Assembly: GCA_051362555.1 (NCBI GenBank)
Contig: CM120646.1
Span: 19,344,001-19,408,000, forward strand
DNA: 64,000 bases
Reading direction: 5' to 3'
Source: Lingula anatina
Taxonomy: Eukaryota > Animalia > Brachiopoda
The position numbers were made by a program, and so were the translations under genes. Below the pieces are notes generated by a model. The model was not told the DNA's origin and made no database searches. It was given only the letters and a program-made list of their open reading frames with translations. Shown here in pieces: positions 1-13,921 of the stretch; position 1 is the stretch's first letter, and each line of letters opens with the position of its first letter.

Positions 1-1131
1 TTTACAAGGAAATACAGGAAGTTTTAGGTGAGAAAAACGTGGTTCTCATTTGGATATCAAAATTATGAAATATTTGGGCAGTCTTATTTTCGACTGCAAA
101 ATTCATTGTTGAACATACGATCATACGTATTTATAATTAGATTGTTTTAAGTTTGCTGATTATGCCTATTATATTCTTATTGTTTTAACATTGACATATT
201 TTATACCTATAAAAACATCAGGCAAACAACTAAAACTTTTCTTCTTTCTAAATATATATACATACAGGTACTGCTGTACCTTGTGGAACACATCGCCACT
301 CCATGCCGTATACAGAGGCTGCGCTATCGGAGTCACTACGTCATGGTACCATGCCTGCTCTAGGGCTCCCACATACAGCTACACGCGATTCCACTCTGGG
401 TAATTTTTACATATATATCTCTTTTATTATCGTGCGTGTATGTGCGTGTTTGTGTGTGTGTGTGCGTGTAGAGAAACGCCTTTAAAATTGGATATCTTGT
501 GACATTAGATTATAATTGTCAACGATAAACACGTCATTGAGGATTTGTTTGAATGAGGCCAAAGGGTACGAGCTAAATCACTAACTTGCTATGTTTATGT
601 TTTAAATGTAATGTTTTCTTAAATTCCCATATTTTAAGGTGGTTTTGACATTCCGAAGGGCACCACTATAATCATAAACCAGTGGAGTCTTCATCGCGAC
701 CAACGACACTGGGTGGACCCCGAAACCTTCAGGCCAGAGAGGTTTCTGAATGCGGACGGAAAGTTCCTGCCAAAACCACCGGGGTTTTTACCTTTCTCCA
801 CAGGAACAAGGGTAATGCTGCAGATAGGCTTTATTTTTACAATAATACCACCTGAGAATAAGAAGTTGTTGCGCCTGATCTAAAAGACATCATAAATGTT
901 TGTCCTGAAGTGTTTATATAAGTACTTGATATTGTTTTGAATTCATTCCACCTTCTCCAGTCGTGTATCGGCGAGCCAATGACGAGGCTGACCATGTTCT
1001 TGCAGCTGGTGATGTTATTACAGCGGTTCCAGATACTGCCGCCCCCTGGCGAGAGTCTTACCCTGGAGCCAGCAGACAGTGGGATTGTGTCCATGCCAAA
1101 ACCTTATAAAATAGTTGTGAAAAGAAGATGA
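1..1131 (+). CDS. Cytochrome P450 (clan 2-like: CYP1/CYP2/CYP17 group), 3' part; 5' end outside window
   Basis: Exons <1-27, 268-399, 639-811 and 961-1131 join in frame through GT-AG introns. The product has the ExxR motif (ESLR), the PERF motif (DPETFRPERF) and the heme motif FSTGTR|SCIG, then a TGA stop ending at 1131. Confidence 0.93.
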
Positions 1132-3583
1132 CATTAGTTACAACGTGAAAATATTAATCAAAAAACGTCTAATGGGCCCGTTGGAAGATTTATTGCTCCG
1201 TTTACAAGAAGCGTTCGAGACGTACTTTTCTGCATAAATTTATTTGAAAAATTGGATAATTTTCATAGAAGTAAAAAAATAATTTATGAAAACAAATGTA
1301 TGGCTTTTGATCAAGTAAACTACAGGAAATACCAAACTGGATGGTTTGTAGAAATGTTGACTGTTCAGCACGCTCAAAGAAAGACTCCATTGGAAAAGTG
1401 ATTTCGAGCGCATCATACTTTATTCAAAAGGTTGACACTAAAGCGACCTGCCAGTATATTAGGACAGCACTTTGGTTTTCTGTTATTGAATTTTTAAGGA
1501 AATCATTGTGAAAGAAAAGCTAAAAAAAAAACCGTTTCAGAAAAAACATAGGCTTGATCACCCACAGTATTTGACTACTGATTGTGACTGATGTGTGCCC
1601 TTTTTATCTTTTGTTTCTCAGGTGAAATAAAGATCCAACGTTCGTTTATCAAGACGCTTGTTATGTGTGCACTTAAATTATCTAGAAGTGGCTTTCTTTA
1701 ATAGATATATACATATATTTTATGAAACTATTTTCGGACAAGGACACATGCCAATTCCCAATATTGAAAGATGTCATGTACACGTATTTTGACTTTCTTA
1801 CTGACAATATTTTATCATACCTTCCCCATTTGTCTTGACTATGGGAAAATAATTGTGAAAGGTCGTTGTAAACAAGTGCGGTTGAATGCATGTATGTATT
1901 TAAAGTTAATGCTTGTTTAGTATTCTGATATAAGTCTGTTTGGTTTGGCAACGAACCAACAGTGAGACAAAAACCGGTTCATGAAATACATGATAGATAA
2001 AATGTATGAAAAGATCAATTGGGGGGGGAAGTGCCCCCCCCCCCAACCCCCTCCAAAAAATGTAAACCATACCAAAGCGATCTGATCGACTTTGTAGTAC
2101 TTCAGAACACCTAATAGTGTTTACTCTCCTTTAGAAGAGGACTTATTCCGCCATTTTGCTTCGGAAAACGAGTGCCCATCTGAGAGCTGATGAAATGCAA
2201 TTACGCAAAAAAGCTTTGAATTAAATATTTTTGGCACGTTAGCACAAATGAATAAATGTGGTTATTGTGGCTGTTTGTTTATCTTATGTTTTGGAAATAG
2301 AAAATAACATGCATTGTTCAAAGTACTGTTTATTGTAGTATGTTGTGGCAATACCGGAGTACATACATATTCTATGGTCGAATTATACAGTTATTAAGAC
2401 GAAAATAGTTTGCAAAAGCAGACAATATATTTAAACAGTCAAGTATAAAATTAAAATGAATTGCCCTTTTGTTAAGAATCTGCGCAGTCTAAATTCTGTC
2501 TTATACTTGCAGGAAAACCAGAAAAAACATTTTTCCTGAAAATATTGCCATCAAAAATGGTCAATATACATACATTTTTTTTCTTTTTCGCTTCTTTAAC
2601 ACGTGCAATTTGCGCAAAGGTTGACAACGATACTGCATGCCCTAACATAGCTGCTGAATGCACCTTGAAAGTTTCTCGTCCCCAATGTTGTTTTTGCGTT
2701 AAGACCGCGTGGCACGGCCAGACACGGAAATCAGGCGCGTCAAAAAGACACTCCGCTTCATCAGCATACGCCACTGCTTTAACTGTGTTAGAATATGTGT
2801 GAAAGTTACGCCTCGACGAAATACAAAATCTGTCAAGGAGTTATTTTTAGAACGCTGCTGGTATATATATATATATATTTATTTATTTCAGTCTATGGGA
2901 TACTTTGATAAACGTCAGCTTACCTGGCAAGGTGACCATTTCAACTCAAACACAGAGATTGAGAAATAAAGGTAAGGAACTGTAATGATCATCACTTTGA
3001 AGCATAAATACCGCAAAGAAGTGTTGTTACAGTAAAAAGAACATTTAAAAGCAAGTTAATAGAAGAAGAGATGAGAATTAAACTTGCATGCGATGGAGCG
3101 CCTCTACGTTAGTTCCTATACTAAGAGGCTTATTATCGGTGTCAAGTACTGTGAGTCGGGGTTTTATTGCTCTTTAGGTGCATTTTCCACATAGTTGGCT
3201 TCTCTTTATTCATTCTTTTTCAAGATGTATCCAAACACGTTAACCAATTTTTAAATTGTGCTTTCCCAATTATAAACGTTCTCGAAATTAATGCTTTCTT
3301 TATTTTTCTGACAACTTTCTGAATTTAAAATTGAAAACTAGGCATTAAAATGTGGCTACCAATCTCCTTTGCTCTTACATACCCAGTGAATTAGTTGTAG
3401 TAACTAGGTTAACGGTCATTATTAAAATGACCAAACGCTACCAAACGGACTTCTTCTCTTTCAGATACCTTTATTTATAAGGCCAATAATTGGTTCTGAC
3501 CTGCAAAAAAGCAAACTTGAAAATATTTTTAAAAAGTAATATTGCGGTGTACATTTGTTTTTTCAGAAACAGAGATTGCAGCC

Positions 3584-6500
3584 ATGACGTCCTTTGCGTT
3601 TGTAGCAGTCTTTATCTTGTCTTGTTGGATCGGCTCTGAAGCTCAAAACCGTCCAAAGAAGTATTGTAAATGGGAGTTCCATATGGACCATTCTTACAAA
3701 CCTCCACGAAAGATGCCTCTGTGCTGCAGGTACATACGCTCGTGCTATGGGAAATAACGTATTTGCCTACCAGGCATGTAAATGATTTCATCCGTGTGTG
3801 ATGTCGAAATGCTGACGGTTGTTAATTTCCTCTTAATGTGTAAAATCATTCTTTGCTGTTATTTTGCGAGGTACCCCCACTAGTCCAAGAAATTGGTGCA
3901 GAAAAAAGGGTGAATTGTGCGTTTTTTACCTACAAGCATGAAATTTGCCACAGTTGTAGATAATGGAATTCTAAGCTTTTTTGGATATATGGGCATGTCT
4001 GAAAATTCCAGTATGGCCTCCAAATCCAATATGGCCGCCACAAATACTCTTTTAAATTAAAACATCTAATATATAGTCCTAAAATGGTTTAAAATATCAT
4101 TTTATAGCTGGAAAATATCATGCTATGAATGAATTATCAATATCCGCTTCTACAGGTGTATAGAATTCCAAAAAGGCCTCCAAAAGTAAAATAAGCAGTT
4201 TAATTACGCAAAATATGCAGCAGTTTTGTAAAATCATCAAGCACTTACAATTACAAGCATAAAAATTGGCACAGTTATGTAGAACATGATTCTAAGCAAC
4301 GTTGGATATAGGGGCATGTCTGAAAATTCCAATATGGCAGCCAATTTCAATATTCCCCCCAATATACCCTTTCAAGGTGAAAGTTGTTTGTATAGTCTTT
4401 TATAAGAATATCATTTAATGGTAAGAAAATACCATTGTATGTATGAAGTATCAGTATCTGCCACTTAAGGTTTTAAAATTTCAAAATGGCCTCCAAAAGT
4501 CAGCAGACCACAACTATTGAATTGTAATCACTCGTGAATAGGCATGTGGGCTTTGCAAACTACCTGTATAATCAGCATATTCCTACCTATGCAGGAGCTA
4601 TTCTACAGAGTTTAAAAAAAAACATCAACCATGATACATTTATTATGTACTGAAAACAGTCCTTCTTTTGATAAACCAACATAAGTAGTTTGACTTTTTG
4701 CTCTGGACTCTCATTTAGATCAATTCCCAATCTTCTTATACGGCACTCATGAGTGACTCCCCCTTTCTAAGAAAAAAGTATCGTGCAAAATCCATAAAAT
4801 ATGAAAGAAACACCAGAATAACTAAGCCTTAAAGAGGCAAATATAAAAAACTTCGGGTGTACCAATTTTGTCTGTTGGTTATGATTCTTCAGCTAGATCA
4901 GTGCATGGCGCCTCATCAAATGCTCATAAATATAACAAAAATGACAGCTAATCAAACATACGGGTCTCACAATTTGGTGTTTTTCATTAGTAAAGTACTA
5001 AAAAGCGGGGCACAGTTGCACTCGACAATGTTATGATGTTATCTTGTGCTTCAAAAGTAAATGAGAAAACTTTCTTATTTAAAAAATTGGCTTTAGTACA
5101 TTCGCAGTAATGGCTACCGAGAATTTAGTGGAAATTTATGAGCAAAGAAATACCTGTACCCCGTACCCCAAACAGAGGGCAGGTGTTGATACGTGCTGTA
5201 TCCAAGAGTTGCATTGCAGGCTTCACACTTCGTGCACTAAAAAAGAAGCACTGATAGGTGCCAAACTTTGGTTTTCATTTGATCATTTGGCAACTTGTTT
5301 AGTTACAAAGTTATACTTTCAAAAAACTGAACATGAAAATAAAAGAATTAATCCTCCAGACAGTTAATACATACAAAACTTCAAAAAACGGTGTATTCTG
5401 AGGATTACACCAAGAAATTAGTGCAATATGGACTTTGAAAGGTAAAAATTCATGAGATTTCTGGCATCATTGTCTCTGTGGGACAATCCAGAATGAAGCC
5501 ATGAGGAGTGTTCACTTACCCAGCTAACAAAATCTACCAGGTAGCTCCTACCACATCTGTTTGTAGTTATGTGTGCAGTTGCTAACTGTGATGAGGGGAG
5601 TCAGAAGCATTGGAAGACTGGTCCTATAAGGGTTCACACTAGTAACCTTCATCTACTAATATGCCCTACCCCACTTTCATATTCCTATTGACCCTCATGC
5701 ATGTAAACTGATGCTTTCTGGTGTTAAAAACGACCAATGCCACTTGGTATTTTGTTGGGGAAAGTGGATTACATGTAGGAGCTATAGCTTTAAGGAAATA
5801 CTGGGAAAGCTGAGGGAAACACAACTACTAGTAAAGCTAGGCACACATTAATGAATGAAAATTATTTAACCAAATAAGTAGAAATTTCGGTGTAGCTAGC
5901 TGTTATCCTATGTTGAGATATTGTCCATTTACTAAAGTAAAAGGTTGACCGCCCATTAAATGTGCAACACTTACTTGATAAAATAACATTCGTTAATTTG
6001 AAACTTATTTGTGAAAATACCTTGACATTTTCATATCCTTGACATTTATAGAATTGCTGCATGTGGTGTCACAACTAGACCAAAAGGAGTCCTAGTCCAT
6101 TTTTTATGGTCATTTGTGTCTAAATGTAACTAAAGGAGCGAAAAACCAAAAAAGAGTAAAGACTGTTGTCAGTCAGATTATATAGTAGTCTTTTTTTTAC
6201 TTTAAAAGGGTTTTAGTGGCCATATTAGAATATTCAGACATGTCCCTATATAACAAATTGCTTAGATTCCTGTTCTGTATAATTGAGCCAATTTTCATAC
6301 TTGTAGTTTTAAGTGCATGATGAATTCACCATACTGCTGCTGTGAGTGGCCTGTTTTTCTTATTTTTGGAGGCCATTTTGGATTTCTGTACATTTAAAGA
6401 ATAAAATATTGATACTTCATGCATACCATAGTCTTTTCTAACCATAAAATGTTATCTTAAGTTATTATAGGATTATATATACTTGAAGTTTTAATTTGAA

Positions 6501-7770
6501 CGGGTATTTGTGTCGGCTATATTGGATTTGGGGGCCATATATTTAAATTTTTAGACATGCTCATACATCCAAAAGTGCTTGGAATCCTGTTTTACAACTG
6601 TACCAAACGCCATGCTTGTAGTTTTTGATGAATTAACCACTCTGCTGGATATCTTGGATTAGTAGAGTGCTTTTTACTATTGGCGGCCATTTTGGATTTA
6701 ATACACCTAAAAAAGCACAATTTGATTCTGAATTCATACCGTGGTGTTTTTTAACCTTTGTATGATATTTACGCCCTTAAAAGACTATATACTTGAAGTT
6801 TTAATTAGAAGCCGTGTTTTTGGAGGCCATCTTGGATTTGAAGGCCATTTTTAAATTTTCGGATATACCCATACATCCAAACTTGCTCAGAATTTCATTT
6901 TCCACAAACCTGCCAAATTTTATGCTTGTAGTTTTAAGTGCTTGATGAATTCCCCATTCAAATGGATATCTTGAATAAATGGTCTGCTTTTTTACTTTTG
7001 GCGGCCATTTTGGATTTGATACACCTGAAGGATTCATACCATGGTGTTTTCTAACCTTTATATGATATTTTAAGTCATTAGAAGACTATGTACTTGAAGT
7101 TTTAATTTGAAAAGGTATTTTGGTGGCCATATTGGATTTGACGGCCATTTTGGAATTTTCAGACATGCCCATATATCCAAATTTGCTTAGAATTTCATTG
7201 TCCATAAGTGTGCCAAATTTCATGCTTGTAGGTAAAAAATGCACAATTTTTCACCAATTTCCTGGACTACACTAGTTGTTTACTATGATACCTTGACGGA
7301 TTTCTTAGAGTTGTAATTTTTTACAATTTTGAAGTACGATGTGCCAGATTGTTGTCAACTAGACTCTTTGAACATTTGTTTTCTTTGCATATAGGGAAGC
7401 AAACGATTGCATCTGCGTGTGTCCAGACCCAATGGCTTTCCCGCCAGACAGATTCCTCCCTAGGTGTAGTTATGGCCAAGACAAGCAGATTCAAGCAGTG
7501 CAGTACTGTGAAAGATGGCACGACGATAAAAGTGAATGCTGCCTGAAAGCAGGGGGATGTAGGTGTCCTACTCGTATTACCCGTGAATGTGATTTCAAGA
7601 GTCAAATTACCGAATCTCCTGTAAAAACGGAGACGGTAAACGTTGAAAAGTCGGATGAATACTGCCATGTACGGGTTATCAAATATGGGTCTATGATAAT
7701 TCGCTGTTGCATCAAAAACCGATTTTGCAAGTGCAAGCGAGAAAATGGCAGACGCAGCTTGGAGTGCTAG
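3584..7770 (+). CDS. Secreted cysteine-rich protein, paralogue A (173 aa; three 6-Cys modules plus one extra Cys)
   Basis: Exon 3584-3729 encodes the signal peptide MTSFAFVAVFILSCWIGSEA and CKWEFHMDHSYKPPRKMPLCC. It splices in phase 2 to 7395-7770 (REANDCICVCPDPMAFPPDRFLPRC...SLEC*). Exon size and phase match paralogues B and C. Confidence 0.88.
3881..7269. mobile_element. Academ-like (AcademX-type) DNA transposon, non-autonomous/decayed, in the intron of paralogue A
   Basis: Termini TAGTCCAAGAAATTGGTG (3881) and CACCAATTTCCTGGACTA (7269) are inverted, and a 3-bp duplication CAC lies at 3878-3880 and 7270-7272. The long inverted arms are made of ~300-320-bp subrepeats. TAG...CTA ends with a 3-bp TSD fit Academ. 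Confidence 0.8.
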
Positions 7771-10338
7771 TGATGCACGTAGCATTTTTAGCCATAGAAC
7801 TTGTAATTGCATCACTTTTCTGACGTTATGGACTCGATGCCAAATGCTTGTTTATATATTCATATAGCGTGTTTTTATAAATATTCTTTATTGTAATTTG
7901 AATATCATTTTGATTTCAGTTGCATTTATACTGTATATATTATGTAAATCGATACATGTTAATTGCATTTGTTTGCGTGCATTGCGCGTGCCTCGTTATT
8001 GTTTTACTTTTAGCATCTTATAATTGGAATGTAAACATATGAATTGATTAAAAATGTCAAAACTAAATTGCAATTCCGTGTCCTTAACAAAACACTTGCC
8101 ATTCCAAAATACACAAATATCCGATTATCTGTAAAAATTTGTAATGAAATTATTTGGTGTGGCGCACAACCAGATTAATCTAATTAAATTTAGGATTTAA
8201 AAGGGCGTAAAATAGAATTGCCAGCAAAAGATGCTTTCAATGCTTTAACATTAAAATTCTGATCAGAATATTTTGTCATGGTAGGTGTTGTCAAGCTGAA
8301 GAATGTTAACGAGCGGATGCAGCTCCGATCTACATGGAAGATCATGAAAGCTATTGCCTTTTTTTGAGATTACGTTCTGGTCACGTTGATTAAGCTTTAT
8401 TTGCAATCCAAATTTTGACATAATAATAAAAAAAGATAAAAACTGGAAATAAATAAATTAATTAATAAATAAAAGGGAAATAAATGGTGTGTGTTTTCTG
8501 TATTAAAGATTGTGGTGTCATATTCCTCATAAAACGATGGGCTTATGCATGTTCATACAATAAAAAGTGCTTTATTCAAGATTTAATATCATTCAAACGA
8601 AAACAACATTCGAGAGAAGTATGAATTTAAATATGATAACGGAAATAAGTTGTTTTTACTCACACGTTAGAACTGCGTGTCTCAAAGTGCAAAAAGGGGC
8701 TTAACTAGTGTTCCCCCGATGCATCTTAAGTAGGGAATGAAAGGTGTATATCAGAATAACTTTCACGTGGGCTACTTTCGTATTCACTACTTCAAATTAG
8801 CCATTAATCATTCCGCTAGTATGTCCACGAATGCGTCCTAGCCTTTGTGAGGGGAGGGACTTTGGTTAGTCAATATATGCACGTGTCACTCAGTGTGTGT
8901 AACCAGATGTGTTTGCTATGGGAAAGGAGAGGGGACACAAAAATAAGTAAAAAGGCTTGATAAAACCCTTTTTAACTGTGAATCAATCTAACTTTTCTGT
9001 GTGAGGAACAGGACTGGTAACTTCCTTGGTTTGGTGTCATATAGGTCGTTCTGGTGCTTTTAGGGAGGGAGAAGAGGGTGCCTCAGAATCTTAGGGAAGG
9101 GCATGTGCCTGCTGTGCCCAACACTTTAACTTTATTTATTCTACCTGGCTTTGATAGAATTTAATACCAGAGGGGTTTTTCCGGTGCGGAAAGTATCCCG
9201 GTCATAGATTTTAATGCCAAAATGAACCAGTGTGGACTGCATGTTTCTCAGGCCTGGAAGTGAGAAAGATGCACGATTGTGGAACACAGCTGACTAAAAT
9301 ACACGGGTTCAATATGAAAAGTAACTTGTTTCAGGGTCCATCAACGATGCACTTACTACCAGTAATTAATTGCAACCATTGCCTTGTCTACCTGTCTGGT
9401 CCCTTAGGTAGTACACATAAGTGCATTCATTACTTCCCTGACCAGTGCGTACTAACTGCTGTAGTTAAGAAAAGAGGGGGAAATAGAGGCAGTTTGACGG
9501 TTTACAATATTAACTGCTCATGAAAAGAATAAGATGTTTTTTATACAGAAAGGTGTACTATGCAGCACAAATCATACCAGTGAATAAAAAGAGAAATAGA
9601 AATTACGATGTTTTTATAAACACGATTAATAATTTTTTTTTTTTTTTTGGCCTGCTCTGTGGATTTTTTTTTTTTTCATTTCCAGTTAAGGGCTTGTTTG
9701 GTTGCACTGTGGTCACTTCATGACATTAAATAGCACGTGACTAGTATAACCACCATAATCGTACAGACATTTTTAAAGAATAAATGGAGGGCTTTCAAAC
9801 GCCAGAAACCGCAAGTCCGTAGAGCTGTGACCGAAACCAATGGTATCGACCGTGTTTACCTCGCAAAATTCGGATGCCGAGTATGGCAATTACTGAAAAT
9901 GAACTGGCAGACGAAAAAATGCAAATAGTGTTCTTCAAAAAAAGTTCATATAAAACAACGGGCACGGCCTTTTTATGTTAAAACAGTAAATCAGAAAGAG
10001 GAGTCCATTGTAACTTGCAGAATTCAGAATCACTTGGGAACCAAAATACTAGTATAAGTTTTTTTTTTTAATCCAAATAACTGGATTCTAGATATCAGTT
10101 GATATTGTTAATAATAAGTCGGACTTTGAATCACATCCCATCAGTAAACATGAAGTATTTTGTGAGATACCTCCTTGAGTTTTTTATGCAATATCGACAA
10201 TATTTCTTTTACTCCCACAACACCAGAAGTCCTTATTTAAAAAAAAGTGAAAACGTTTTGCTCTCATAGATTTTCTCTGGCATGTCGCATTTTATCAACA
10301 TAATTCTTTCTAAGCGCTTGCAAAACCCTGCCAATGAG

Positions 10339-11408
10339 TTAAAGTTTGAAGTAAAAGTACAAATATTCATTGCATATGGCCATTCGTCCGGTTCTTGTTT
10401 TCTGGCATTCACAAAACGCGTGTTTTTGACAACAGTAGCCGGTCTTGTTACCATACATGATGATGCTAATACCACAGCTCTGTGCCCTTTCCTTAAAGAT
10501 CCTTGGTACTCCGTCGGGTAAAAAAGGTGGGATAATATTCCTGACTCCCAAAACCTCAACTTCACCACTTGGTGTTGTCGTTTGGCCAGAATCTACCGGT
10601 TTGCTTTCCGGTTTCAACCTCGCTTCGGCAGGTACTCCGCATATCATTCTGACATCTTTCAAGCACTCGCAGTCCTTAGTTTTAAGACAGCAGAAACCGT
10701 TTCCAGCCCACATTTTCTCGCAGTGTTGCACGGCTTCTACCTTCTCGTCTTGGCCGCTGCGACATCTAGGGAAAGATCTGTCTGCAGGGAAGGCAAAAAG
10801 GTCCGGCGAGGTGCAAATGCAATTTCCCACCTCCCTGAATAGAACAATAACTTATAATGTTTACTGCCACAAGGTAATAAATCCAACACGACCATTTATT
10901 TCTACATTGGGACACAGATTTGCCATTACATTGAGGTCGTATGCCTGCTTTCCTTTGCACCTGAATAAAAATTTTACAAAACATTCAAACAGAACCACTT
11001 GTATTTTCACAGGCTCTAATATTACAATACAAATGGTATCAACCATTATCTTAGATGTGACCAAGTAAGCACAGATATCAAGCCCAAAAGGGGACTCTAA
11101 GTATTTAAAAATTATTTTTAAAAATCTTGGTCTCAACTATTAAGCTCTGCAATTCATTGTCAAATATCTCAGACCAAGTTTTTTGTATGAATTTTAAATA
11201 CTTGCGTTTACAATGCAAGCTCCCTAACTCGTGACCAATACTGTGCCTCACTAAAGTTATACCTGCAGCAAAGAGGCTTCTTTCGAGGAGGGGTGTATGT
11301 TTTGTCCATATGGTATTCCCATTGGCATCTGGGCCTATTAAAAAACTTTGCATCTGCCTCGTACCAGAGACAGAGAACAACAATCACGGTGACGACTGCG
11401 GCAGTCAT
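10339..11408 (-). CDS. Secreted cysteine-rich protein, paralogue B (213 aa; 18 Cys in the mature part)
   Basis: Exon 11408-11263 (146 nt; MTAAVVTVIVVLCLWYEADA-KFFNRPRCQWEYHMDKTYTPPRKKPLCC) plus exon 10834-10339 (REVGNCICTSPDLFAFP...MAICNEYLYFYFKL*). The intron is a canonical GT-AG in phase 2. Confidence 0.9.
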
Positions 11409-13921
11409 TGTCGGTGATAATCGCTGTTAATTCTTCGTGATTGAAATGTCTGGAAATGGATTATATGGAAATAAAAGAAGACAGTGCAAAGACACGGATA
11501 AATGAAATGATATTCATGTTAAAGACCTCTGAAACATCTGTTTCCACATTAGTTAGCTGGTTAGAGTTTTCAGTTGTTTGACTTTTCAGTATTCCCCAAA
11601 ACGCTTATTTGTTCGCCATATGTTTGTTTAGGGACAATGAATATTCTGACAAATGAAAAGTCTTTTTCGATCAGGTCTTTGGGTCTTCAAAATAGGAACC
11701 CAATATTATGGTCAGCTGAATTAGTAGGCTACTTATTTTTTACTTATTTTTACTATTTTTTTTTGTTTGTTTGTTTGTTTATATAAGCTTCTCATATACA
11801 TGTATTGAGCGTTAATGGCTCATTATTTCTTGTTTCGAATCGGATCATTTATTATTGAGTGTATTATTTAATAACGTCGAGAAGAAATATAAAAATAAAG
11901 TAGATAGAATTAGAAACAAAAAGTACGTTTTAAAACAGCTTACCATTTTCGTTTGTGGATACATAATACAAATATGAATTACATCTTTCTTTCTCATTAC
12001 AGAAAACTTAAATTCAAACAAGATATCTTTGTCTGACATACCTTTTCTCCTGACTTGTGAAAAACTGCAACTGCAAACACCATAAAACCTGACTTGTTTT
12101 TGCTAAACCACAAGGTAATCACATCTGCTGAGAGCTTCTTGGTATATGTGGCCAACATGCACTCTGGGTGGCTTCTGTCTGTCTAACTTTATCCCTGGGA
12201 TATTAAAATGATGAAAATGTTTCCACGTTTCCTCCTGAGGTGAGATCAGGAATGTCTTCTTCAAGGGTTGTTTAGACGAGGATAGGAGTGGGGTGAAGTT
12301 TGGGATTCAGGATGGAAAAGTTTGGATGGAGACATGCATGCAACCAGCATGTATGTCTTTGTCCACCTAGTGTAGTACCACTTGTGTTTTATAATAGTTT
12401 GGCTAATAATGCTTCTTTAAGAGTCGCGCACCAAGCTCCACAATGGGCCGGACCTTGTTGTATGTTTTTATATAATCTAAAACCACCTTTAAATTACGTA
12501 CTGCCATAGTAACAGAGTGTGTTCATCAAAGATGCCTCGTCAAGTGTTTGGGGCTGTAAGTTAAATACTCCATTCAGACATTGGGATATTAACTCGCTGT
12601 CACGCCGCCCCATGAGGTGAAGGCTTTTATATTATTTTGTTGACCATCAGTCGTAGTCTTTCAGCTTCTAAATTTTGGTAAATTTAAGACCAACGCTCTA
12701 ATTGATTTATCATTAGTATTATTGTTGTTATTCAAAAGAGCGTGGTTTACCGACAAAGAACGTAGGAGTTTTAAAGTTTTGTCTGTGATTTTCAGTGTAT
12801 ACACAGTTTTTTTTATTAACCCTCAGGCTTTCAACTCTCAAGTAGTATGTACTCCCCATACCATAATAAACTACACTGTGTCACACCACAAAGGCTAATA
12901 CAGGAGAGTCGCACACAATATACGTTATGGTACAGACAGCGGTTATTGTCATACTTTGCATCAAGGCCACGCGTGCTGTGGGATCTATTAGCATCGTGTT
13001 GGTTAATTGCATTTAAAGAAATAAAACTCAAAATTCAGTCATGACAGAAGGTTCACGATGACTATGAAAAATTGTCAGAATGCAATGAATTAATGAATGA
13101 ATGAATTAATTAATTAATAAAAAGTTTAAATTTAAGATAACGAAAATGCATGAACAATGCTTTGTTTAAAAGAAGTAATAAAGTTACCAAACATGAAAAA
13201 TTAAGAGGTACGTATGGCATGATAAAACAGCAGTGATGAAACAATCCATTTTAATGAGGGGGTTTCTGTAATACATTGCAACCTTTACTACCTTGAATAA
13301 ATCTTTGACTGAACTGGTGTTACCGTCAATAGCATATTCGGAGTATTTGTTAATGAGTCAATAAAAGTGATTTCCTCTGGATAATATTGTTGCAACCCGA
13401 TTTCGCTCCAACATTTGGCTAAACAAATATGTGCCTTTTTACTCAGGCAAGATTAATACGTTCACCTTTGGTGCCATAAATCAGAAATAATGAGGTAGCG
13501 GTTTGTGTCGTAATGTAACATATCACTTTGAATAAATTGCCAAACTTAACCTTAAAACAAGAAAAGAACATATCCCATTCCCAGAAAAAAAATTCTAAAG
13601 ATATTGTCTTAAAAATCTCATATTTAATTTATAGATACGTAGGTTAAGTGTACTAGTAGCATTTTGTCAAATTGTGAGATCACATCCACCTTAAATGTTG
13701 GTAGACTTATATTGTTTGAAAGATCCTAAATTGAAGTACCTTGAAAGTGGACAATGTGTTCTTGCAACATTTTAAACTATTAATTCAAGTAGGCCTATTC
13801 CTTTTTGCTCTTATCGTCTTTTCACCATGCATCCATCAAACGGTCCAATTAAGGAATAATCAAAAACTGAGGTGTGTGTCAAACGGTTTTCGGTGATTCG
13901 CTTTCTGACTTTAGTAGGAGT

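Noticed and set aside
5110-5367. 85-aa ORF as a host gene
   Set aside because: It lies inside the Academ-like element and is at best a transposase remnant.
8200-10200. Possible fourth cysteine-rich paralogue or another gene between A and B
   Set aside because: No WExHMD/PLCC exon or CC-x5-CxC pattern was found on either strand, and the ORFs look random.
10445-11068. 207-aa plus-strand ORF (also 7321-7815 minus, 13874-14095 and 14222-14485 plus)
   Set aside because: These are antisense shadows of the cysteine-rich gene exons, with no independent protein features.
12060-12700. GC-richer patch that might be a transposon or gene relic
   Set aside because: No interpretable protein motif, TIR or TSD could be established by eye.
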